Below, piece after piece: positions 57,058 through 64,000 of a stretch of 64,000 nucleotides of DNA. The position numbers were made by a program, and so were the translations under genes. Position 1 is the first letter of the stretch. Every line of letters starts with the position of its first letter. Origin of the DNA: Planctomycetia bacterium (GTDB lineage Bacteria > Planctomycetota > GCA-002687715); assembly GCA_005790545.1 (NCBI GenBank), contig SXUL01000106.1:13975-77974 (forward strand), read 5' to 3'. The notes under the pieces were generated by a model. That model ran no database searches. It was not told where the DNA came from and saw nothing but the letters and a program-made list of their open reading frames with translations.

Positions 57058-57951
57058 ATGACGGACTTCAACACGCACCCGCTCCACGCGCTCTTCATGA
57101 CCGCGGCTCTGAGAGTTGCCACCACGCTCGGCGTGGTGCTCGCCCTCGGCGGCTTCATCGCCGCTCAAGACCCGCCCTCGGAAGAGACCATGAACTACTT
57201 CAAGGCCAACTGCGCGAGTTGCCACACCATTGGTGGCGGCCGTCTCACTGGTCCTGACCTGAAGGGCGCCGACACTCGCAAGGACCGCGACTGGCTCATC
57301 AGCTTCGTCGCCGATCCGAAGACGATGATCGACTCCGGCGACGCCTACGCCCGCAAACTGGTGGAAGAAGCCCGCGGCGCGCTCATGCCCAATGTCCCCG
57401 GCATGAACAAGACCCTCGCGGCCAAGCTCGTCGATCTCATCAAGGCCGAGTCAGTGCTGGAGAAGTCGCATTTCATGGGTGTGGTGCTTTCGGACCGCCC
57501 ACTCACGGCCGTGGACGTAGCCCAGGGCAAGGCCCTCTTCACCGGCCTCGCACCCTTCAAGGCCGGCGCCCCTGCGTGCAACTCGTGCCACACAGTGCGC
57601 GCTCTCGAGGGCTTCGGCGGCGGCCGCCTCGGACCAGATCTGACCAGCGCCTTCGCGCGTCTCGAAGGCCGCAAGGCCCTCGGTGCATGGCTTTCGGCAC
57701 CGCCCTCCATCGTGATGCAGCCGGTGTTCAAGCAGCACACTCTGGAGAGCGACGAGATTCTCTCGTTGGTGGCGTTCTTGAAGAGCGAAGCGGAAGGCGG
57801 CGATGCGCCCATGGTGGCGGAACCCTCCCTCGACTTCGTGCTGGCAGGGCTCGGCGCGGCAGCGCTGCTCATTGTCTTGATGGACTTCGCCTGGCGTCGC
57901 CGCTACCGCGCCGTGCGCAGGCCCCTCGTTGCGAAGGACTCGAACTCATGA
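57058..57951 (+). CDS. membrane-anchored diheme c-type cytochrome, NarC-like, first gene of the nitrate reductase operon
   Basis: Signal/TM then two CxxCH (CASCH, CNSCH) and a C-terminal TM helix ([18 protein letters not shown]). Stop overlaps the narG ATG (ATGA). Confidence 0.75.
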   Translation: MTDFNTHPLHALFMTAALRVATTLGVVLALGGFIAAQDPPSEETMNYFKANCASCHTIGGGRLTGPDLKGADTRKDRDWLISFVADPKTMIDSGDAYARKLVEEARGALMPNVPGMNKTLAAKLVDLIKAESVLEKSHFMGVVLSDRPLTAVDVAQGKALFTGLAPFKAGAPACNSCHTVRALEGFGGGRLGPDLTSAFARLEGRKALGAWLSAPPSIVMQPVFKQHTLESDEILSLVAFLKSEAEGGDAPMVAEPSLDFVLAGLGAAALLIVLMDFAWRRRYRAVRRPLVAKDSNS

Positions 57952-60900
57952 CGAACGGCAACAATCCCTGGATCCAGGACGGCGTCGAGCCCGAGACCCG
58001 CGCTTGGGAAGAGTTCTACAGAAACCGCTGGCAACACGACAAAGTCGTGCGCTCGACCCACGGTGTGAACTGCACCGGCTCGTGCTCGTGGAACGTGCAC
58101 GTGAAGGACGGCATCGTCACATGGGAAATGCAGGCGCTCGACTATCCGGAGTTGTCGAAGGACCTCCCGGGTTACGAACCTCGCGGTTGCCAGCGCGGCA
58201 TCTCATACTCCTGGTACCTCTACAGCCCGCTGCGCGTGAAGTACCCGTACATGCGCGGCGCATTGCTCGACCTTTGGCGCGAAGCGAAGCGCCAGCACGC
58301 CGACCCGGTGGATGCCTGGACGGCCCTGCAAGGCGACCCCGCGAAGCGTGCGCGCTACCAGAAGGCGCGTGGCAAGGGCGGGCTGCGCCGCGTCACGTGG
58401 GATGTGGCCCTTGAGCTGATCACAGCTTCGATGGTGCACACCATCAAGAAGCACGGGCCCGATCGCATCACGGGCTTCTCCCCCATTCCCGCCATGTCGA
58501 TGCTCTCGTACGCAGCGGGTTCGCGCATGTTGCAGCTCCTCGGAGGAGTGAATCTCTCCTTCTACGACTGGTATTGCGATCTGCCGAGCGCGAGCCCCGA
58601 GTGCTGGGGCGAACAGACGGACGTGAACGAATCCGCGGACTGGTTCAACGCCAAGTTCCTCGCGGTCATGGGTGCGAACCTCAACATGACGCGCACGCCG
58701 GACGTGCACTTCGCCGCGGAAGCGCGCCACAACGGTTCGAAGATGGTGGTGTTCGCACCCGACTTCAACCAGGTCGCGAAGTACGCGGATGAGTGGATCA
58801 GCATCAACGCCGGCCAAGACGGCGCGTGGTGGATGGCGGTCAATCACGTCATCCTGAAGGAGTTCCACCACGAACAGAAGATCAAGAGCTTCCTCGACTA
58901 CACCAAGACCTTCTCCGACGCGCCCTTCCTCGTGGAAGTGGTAAAGGAAGGCACGGGCCTCCGACCGGGCCGACTGCTCCGCGCGGACCGCCTCGCCAAG
59001 TACAAGGGCGAAGAGAACGGCGAGTGGAAGTTCCTCTTCTGGGATACCGCCACCAACGCGCCGAAGATGCCCATGGGCAGCATGGGCCACCGCTGGCAGG
59101 CGAAGAAGGGCCAGTGGAATCTGAAGCTCGAAGACGGCATGGATGGTTCGCCCATCGACCCGACCTTGAGCTTCCTAGACGCTGCGGATGAAACGCCGCT
59201 GGTCGGCTTCGACGACTTCGCCAACGGCACCACCACCACACGCGGCGTGCCCGCGAAGAAGCTCACGACGGTGGATGGATCGAGCGTGCTCGTCACCACG
59301 GTCTATGACCTGCTGATGGCGCAGTACGGCGTGCCGCGCGGGCTGCCGGGTGCGTACCCGAAGAGCTACGACGACGACAGTGTGTATACACCGGCATGGT
59401 CCGAGAAGTACACCGGCATCGGCCGCGAGAACCTCATCCGCTTCGCGCGCGAATGGGCCAGCACCGCTGAAAAGACCGGTGGCAAGTGCACCGTCATCAT
59501 CGGCGCCGGCATCAACCACTGGTACCACGCGAACCTCATGTATCGCGCGGCCATCCACGCGCTCATGTTCTGTGGCTGCGTGGGCAAGAACGGTGGCGGC
59601 CTCGCCCACTACGTAGGCCAGGAAAAACTCGCACCCGGCGATTCGTGGGGTGCCATCGCGCTCGCGAAGGACTGGTACCCGCCGTCGCGTCTGCAGAACG
59701 GTCCGAGCTGGCACTACGTGCACTCGGATCAGTGGCGTTACGAGCGCAGCTTCCGCGACTACCACACCGTGCCCGTCGGCACGCCGGATTCGAGCTTCGC
59801 TGCCGGCCACACCATGGACGCCAACGTGAAGGCCGTCCGCAACGGCTGGCTGCCCTTCTTCCCCGCCTTCGATGAAAGCCCGCTCGACACGGTGAAGAAG
59901 GCCGAGCAGGCGGGCGCCAAGGATGAAGCAGCGATCGTCAAGAACGTGGTGCAGCGCATCAAGTCCGGCGACCTCAAGTTCGGCATCGAGAGGCCGGATG
60001 CAAGCGAGGTCTGGCCGCGGCTGTGGTTCATCTGGCGCGGCAACGCGCTGATGAGTTCCGCCAAGGGCCACGAGTACTTCCTCGAGCACTACCTCGGCAC
60101 GCACACCAACAAGATCTCGAAGGAGCTCGCTGCCGACTTCGTGAAGGAAGTCGAATGGATGGCGACGGCACCGCGCGGAAAGATGGATCTGATCGTCGAT
60201 CTCAACTTCCGCATGGACACGTCCGCGCTCTACTCGGACATCGTGCTGCCCGCGGCCACCTGGTACGAGAAGTGCGACCTCAACTCGACGGACATGCACT
60301 CCTTCATCCACCCGCTCGCACCTGCGGTGCAGCCGTGCTGGGAATCGCGTTCGGACTGGGACATCTTCCGCACCATCTCGAAGGAGTTCTCGAAGCTCGC
60401 GGAGAAGCATCTCCCCGGACGCACGAAGGATCTCGTGCCAACCGTGCTCGCGCACGACAGCAACGCAGAGATCGCGCAACCGCGCATGAAGGATTGGAAG
60501 AAGGGCGAGGTGGAGGCCATTCCCGGCAAGACCATGCCCGGCTTCAAGGTCGTCGAGCGCGACTACCCCGCGCTGCACGACATGTTCTGCTCGCTCGGGC
60601 GCAAGGTGCGCGAGAACGGCCTCGGTGCCCACGGCACGCACTACATGGTCGATGATTTCTACGACCAAATGCTGGCCACCTCGCCCGTCGAGCGCTGGAA
60701 CGGCGCGAGCTACCCCTCCTTGAAGGATGCGAAGGACGCGGCGAATGCCGTGCTCAACCTCGCCACGGTCACGAACGGTGAACTGGCGTGGCGCTCCTAC
60801 AAGAACATGGAAGAGAAGACGGGCCTGAAGCTCACCGACCTCGCGGAACCCACCCGCGCAGTGCGCATGAACTTCAAGGATCTGCAAGCACAGCCTCGCC

Positions 60901-61586
60901 GCTTGATCAACTCGCCCATGTGGTCGGGACTGCTCGAAGGCGGCCGCGCTTACTCGCCCTTCACCTACAACGTCGAACGCATGGTGCCCTGGCGCACGCT
61001 CACGGGCCGCCAGCACTTCTACCTCGATCACGACGGCTACATCGCGTTTGGCGAGCACCTCCCGACCTACAAGCCGAAGCCGCGTCCCGATCAGTACGCA
61101 GACCTCGTGGTCTCGGAGGCTGAAGGCCCGACGCTGCAGCTCAACTACCTCACGCCGCACGGCAAGTGGCACATCCACTCGACCTACGGCGACAACCAGC
61201 GCATGACCACGCTCTCGCGCGGCTGCGAACCGTTCTGGATGAATGACAAGGACGCCGACTCGATCGGCATCAACGACAACGACTGGGTCGAGGTGCACAA
61301 CGACCACGGAGTCGTCGTAACTCGCGCCGCGGTGTCTGCGCGCATCCCGCGCGGCATCTGCATCATCTATCACTCACCCGAGCGCACGTATGGCGTGCCG
61401 AAGTCTCCGCTGCGCGGCAACAAGCGCGGTGGCGGCCACAACAGCCTCACGCGCACGCGCCTGAAACCGAACCTCATGGTCGGTGGCTACGGCCAGTTCA
61501 CCTTCCACTTCAACTACTGGGGACCCATCGGGTGCAACCGGGACACCCATGTACTCGTCCGCAAGCTCCCGCATCTCAGCTGGTGA
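57948..61586 (+). CDS. narG: respiratory nitrate reductase alpha subunit
   Basis: N-terminal H/C-x3-C-x3-C-...-C FS0 motif ([15 protein letters not shown]), ~1212 aa, extensive NarG blocks. Start set at the ATG at 57948 rather than the spurious upstream extension. Confidence 0.92.
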   Translation: MTNGNNPWIQDGVEPETRAWEEFYRNRWQHDKVVRSTHGVNCTGSCSWNVHVKDGIVTWEMQALDYPELSKDLPGYEPRGCQRGISYSWYLYSPLRVKYPYMRGALLDLWREAKRQHADPVDAWTALQGDPAKRARYQKARGKGGLRRVTWDVALELITASMVHTIKKHGPDRITGFSPIPAMSMLSYAAGSRMLQLLGGVNLSFYDWYCDLPSASPECWGEQTDVNESADWFNAKFLAVMGANLNMTRTPDVHFAAEARHNGSKMVVFAPDFNQVAKYADEWISINAGQDGAWWMAVNHVILKEFHHEQKIKSFLDYTKTFSDAPFLVEVVKEGTGLRPGRLLRADRLAKYKGEENGEWKFLFWDTATNAPKMPMGSMGHRWQAKKGQWNLKLEDGMDGSPIDPTLSFLDAADETPLVGFDDFANGTTTTRGVPAKKLTTVDGSSVLVTTVYDLLMAQYGVPRGLPGAYPKSYDDDSVYTPAWSEKYTGIGRENLIRFAREWASTAEKTGGKCTVIIGAGINHWYHANLMYRAAIHALMFCGCVGKNGGGLAHYVGQEKLAPGDSWGAIALAKDWYPPSRLQNGPSWHYVHSDQWRYERSFRDYHTVPVGTPDSSFAAGHTMDANVKAVRNGWLPFFPAFDESPLDTVKKAEQAGAKDEAAIVKNVVQRIKSGDLKFGIERPDASEVWPRLWFIWRGNALMSSAKGHEYFLEHYLGTHTNKISKELAADFVKEVEWMATAPRGKMDLIVDLNFRMDTSALYSDIVLPAATWYEKCDLNSTDMHSFIHPLAPAVQPCWESRSDWDIFRTISKEFSKLAEKHLPGRTKDLVPTVLAHDSNAEIAQPRMKDWKKGEVEAIPGKTMPGFKVVERDYPALHDMFCSLGRKVRENGLGAHGTHYMVDDFYDQMLATSPVERWNGASYPSLKDAKDAANAVLNLATVTNGELAWRSYKNMEEKTGLKLTDLAEPTRAVRMNFKDLQAQPRRLINSPMWSGLLEGGRAYSPFTYNVERMVPWRTLTGRQHFYLDHDGYIAFGEHLPTYKPKPRPDQYADLVVSEAEGPTLQLNYLTPHGKWHIHSTYGDNQRMTTLSRGCEPFWMNDKDADSIGINDNDWVEVHNDHGVVVTRAAVSARIPRGICIIYHSPERTYGVPKSPLRGNKRGGGHNSLTRTRLKPNLMVGGYGQFTFHFNYWGPIGCNRDTHVLVRKLPHLSW

Positions 61587-61622
61587 TGCACGGCGCACGA
61601 CAGGGAGCCTGAAAGGAACACC

Positions 61623-63110
61623 ATGGACGTCAGATCTCAAATCGCAACGCTCTTCCATCTCGACAAGTGCATCGGCTGCCACACCTGCAGCATCGCGTGC
61701 AAGAACATCTGGACCGACCGTCCAGGCACCGAGTACATGTGGTGGAACAACGTCGAGACCAAGCCCGGCACGGGCTATCCGACGCAGTGGGAAGACCAGG
61801 ACGCCTACAAGGGCGGCTGGAAAGTCGAGAACGGCGATCTCGAACTGCGTTCGACTTCGAAAGCGAAGCTCGTCCCGAACATCTTCCACAACCCGGCCAT
61901 GCCCAGCATGGACGACTACTACGAGCCGTGGACCTACAAGTACGACGAGCTGTTCAACGCTCCCGAAGGTGACGATCAGCCGACGGCCATCCCCGTCTCG
62001 ATGATCACGGGCCAGCAGATCAACATCGAGGCCGGCCCCAACTTCGACGACGACCTCGGTGGCTCCAAGGTCTACGCCGCGAACGACGTGAATCTGCGGG
62101 AGCTCGATCCGATGCTCCGCGCGCAGATGCTCGAAATCGAGCGCCTCGCGTTCTTCTACCTGCCGCGCATCTGCAACCACTGTCTCAATCCAGGTTGCGT
62201 CGCGGCCTGTCCCTCCGGCGCGCTCTACAAGCGCGGCGAGGACGGCATCGTGCTCTTGAACCAGGAGCGTTGCCGTGCGTGGCGCGCGTGCATCGCCGCC
62301 TGCCCCTACAAGAAGACCTACTACAACTGGTCCACGGGCAAGTCGGAGAAGTGCATCCTCTGCTTCCCGCGCCTCGAAACGGGCCAAGCACCCGCGTGCT
62401 TCCACTCCTGCGTCGGCCGCATCCGCTATCTCGGCAACGTGCTCTATGACGCGGACCGCATCAAGGATGCCGCGCTCAAGACCGACCTCGAACTCGTGGA
62501 TGCGCAGCGCGATCTCATCCTCGACCCGAACGATCCGGCAGTGATCGCGGGTGCGCGCGCCTCGGGCGTGCCTGAAGCCGTCATCGAATCGGCACAGAAG
62601 TCGCCGGTCTGGCGCTTCGTGAAGGAATGGAAGATGGCGCTTCCGCTCCACGTTGAGTTCCGCACCTTCCCGATGCTCTTCTATGTGCCCCCGTTGCTGC
62701 CGGTGATGTCGGTCGCACGCGGTGGCGTGGTGACCAGCGACGTGGATGCCATGTTCGCGGATATCGAGAAGGCGCGAGCGCCGATCTCGTATCTCGGCAA
62801 GCTCTTCGCCGCCGGGAATGACGGCAAGGTGCGCTACGCACTGCGGAAGCAGATGGCGGTGCGCCTGTGGCGTCGCCACGTCACGGTCGGCGACATCTCG
62901 CTCGAAGAAGCGACGCGCGCATTGCGCGAAGCGGAATGCACGCCCGAACAGGCGGACGCCATCTTCAAGCTCACAGCCCTCGCTTCCATCGACGAGCGCG
63001 TGGTCGTCCCGCCCATGCAACGCGAAATGGCCATCGAGATGCTCGAAGACCCGCACGAGCACCGCGCGGGCACCGGGTTCGGCACACGCACGCCGCCCAT
63101 GCGAGTCTGA
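61623..63110 (+). CDS. narH: respiratory nitrate reductase beta subunit
   Basis: Four FeS-cluster Cys groups (CIGCHTCSIACKN, CNHCLNPGCVAAC, CRAWRACIAAC, CILCFPR...C). 495 aa. Confidence 0.92.
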   Translation: MDVRSQIATLFHLDKCIGCHTCSIACKNIWTDRPGTEYMWWNNVETKPGTGYPTQWEDQDAYKGGWKVENGDLELRSTSKAKLVPNIFHNPAMPSMDDYYEPWTYKYDELFNAPEGDDQPTAIPVSMITGQQINIEAGPNFDDDLGGSKVYAANDVNLRELDPMLRAQMLEIERLAFFYLPRICNHCLNPGCVAACPSGALYKRGEDGIVLLNQERCRAWRACIAACPYKKTYYNWSTGKSEKCILCFPRLETGQAPACFHSCVGRIRYLGNVLYDADRIKDAALKTDLELVDAQRDLILDPNDPAVIAGARASGVPEAVIESAQKSPVWRFVKEWKMALPLHVEFRTFPMLFYVPPLLPVMSVARGGVVTSDVDAMFADIEKARAPISYLGKLFAAGNDGKVRYALRKQMAVRLWRRHVTVGDISLEEATRALREAECTPEQADAIFKLTALASIDERVVVPPMQREMAIEMLEDPHEHRAGTGFGTRTPPMRV

Positions 63111-63112
63111 CC

Positions 63113-63661
63113 ATGGTTGCCAACCTCGACACACACGAACGCGCCGCCGGCCTCCTCGGCTACCCCTTGGATGCCGATGGCCGCGCGCTCGCGCGCGAAG
63201 CGGAACTCCTCGCCGAGGCCTTGCCAGAGATGCGCGATGAGCTCGCACGTTTCGCGGACAAGGTGCGCGATGCCGAGCCAGGCACCATCGAGGAGTTCTA
63301 CACCAGCGCGTTCGACAACACGCCGGACCGCGCGCTTGAACTCGGCTGGCATGCTTTCGGCGAGACCTACTCGCGCGGAGCATTCCTCGCCTCCATGCGC
63401 GCGCGCATGCGCGATGCAGGTGTCGTGGAGTGCACGGAACTTCCCGATCACATCACGCATGTACTGCGGCTCTTGCCGCATCTCGATCCGGCGCTCGCCG
63501 GAGCCCTCGCTGAGGGCGTGCTCGTTGCGGCCACGGACAAGGCCATCAAGGGTTTCGCGGATGGTGCACACCCGTGGCTCGCGCCGCTCAAGGCAGCGCG
63601 CGCGGTGATTGCATCGCACGTCGCCACGGCGACGCGGATGAAGGAGCAGGTCCATGAATGA
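63113..63661 (+). CDS. narJ: nitrate reductase molybdenum cofactor assembly chaperone
   Basis: ~182 aa acidic protein between narH and narI with NarJ/TorD-family features. Start at the ATG at 63113, 2 nt after the narH stop. Confidence 0.75.
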   Translation: MVANLDTHERAAGLLGYPLDADGRALAREAELLAEALPEMRDELARFADKVRDAEPGTIEEFYTSAFDNTPDRALELGWHAFGETYSRGAFLASMRARMRDAGVVECTELPDHITHVLRLLPHLDPALAGALAEGVLVAATDKAIKGFADGAHPWLAPLKAARAVIASHVATATRMKEQVHE

Positions 63662-64000
63662 CTTCCTCTTGTTTGCGGCGCTGCCCTACGCGGCGCTCCT
63701 CGTGTTCTTCCTCGTGACCATCCAGCGCTATCGCCAGCGCAAGTTCACCTACTCCGCGCTCTCGAGCCAGTTCCTCGAGAACAAGGTGCACTTCTGGGGC
63801 TCGGTGCCGTTCCACTACGGCATTCTCGCGGTGCTTTTCCTGCACTTTCTCTTCATCGTGATGCCGAAGACGATTCTCGCGTGGAACGCGGCGCCGCTGC
63901 GGCTCTGGGCTCTTGAAGCCACGGGCCTCGCGTTCGCGGTTCTCGCACTCACGGGTCTCGTCAACACGATCATGCGCCGCTGGACGTTCGCGAAAGCGCG
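63654..64000 (+). CDS. narI: respiratory nitrate reductase gamma subunit, N-terminal part (runs off the window end)
   Basis: ATG at 63654 overlaps the narJ stop (ATGA). Translation MNDFLLFAALPYAALLVFFLVTIQRYRQRKFTYSALSSQFLENKVHFWGSVPFHYG matches the NarI heme-b membrane subunit N-terminus. Not in the ORF track because there is no stop within the window. Confidence 0.75.
   Translation, partial: MNDFLLFAALPYAALLVFFLVTIQRYRQRKFTYSALSSQFLENKVHFWGSVPFHYGILAVLFLHFLFIVMPKTILAWNAAPLRLWALEATGLAFAVLALTGLVNTIMRRWTFAKA

Noticed and set aside
1-64000. CRISPR arrays, rRNA genes, insertion sequences, integrases or prophage genes.
   Set aside because: No spaced direct-repeat arrays, no rRNA-like conserved stretches, and no transposase or integrase motifs (DDE, tyrosine recombinase R..H..R..Y) were seen in any frame, including next to the two tRNAs.

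Overview
This window is a high-GC (roughly 65-70% by eye) bacterial chromosomal segment, densely coding on both strands. I call about 47 protein-coding genes and 2 tRNAs. There are no rRNA genes, no CRISPR array and no recognisable transposase or integrase. Several gene types suggest a Planctomycetota/PVC-like organism, but this is inference from gene content only. Those types are a giant 'PVC-type' heme-binding dehydrogenase/HEAT/CxxCH/DUF1080 protein, an adjacent DUF1800-DUF1501 pair, several Tat-exported redox enzymes and many large secreted repeat proteins. The content is dominated by respiratory and redox modules. (1) A Rieske / cytochrome b / octaheme cytochrome c operon. (2) A molybdopterin (Mo-bisPGD) oxidoreductase without a Tat signal, with an unusual fused FeS-NrfD membrane subunit. 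(3) A Tat-exported xanthine-dehydrogenase-family (PaoABC-like) oxidoreductase followed by a small Cys-rich ORF, a secreted CxxCH protein, an aldehyde dehydrogenase and an isochorismatase-like hydrolase. (4) A Thermus-like narC-narGHJI respiratory nitrate reductase operon that runs off the window end. Housekeeping genes (proS, purF, xth, pckG, rlmN, an IDH/IMDH-family dehydrogenase) are interspersed. The most unusual locus is a visibly lower-GC islet at 52.3-56.4 kb, on the 3' side of tRNA-Val. It encodes an FG-GAP beta-propeller protein and a matrixin-like (HExxHxxGxxH) metalloprotease. The protease's 5' region carries four tandem copies of an 8-bp repeat, which put a strong SD+ATG start out of frame with the protease ORF; this is a candidate slipped-strand phase-variation switch. 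Other notable items are an orphan secretin-N-domain protein, an AlgI/AlgX-like polysaccharide O-acetylation pair, a methyltransferase-pseudokinase fusion, a poly-C tract, a perfect 20-bp palindrome upstream of the nar operon and several intrinsic-terminator-like hairpins. Gene starts in this high-GC sequence are approximate. Many long antisense ORFs in the six-frame track are treated as spurious.
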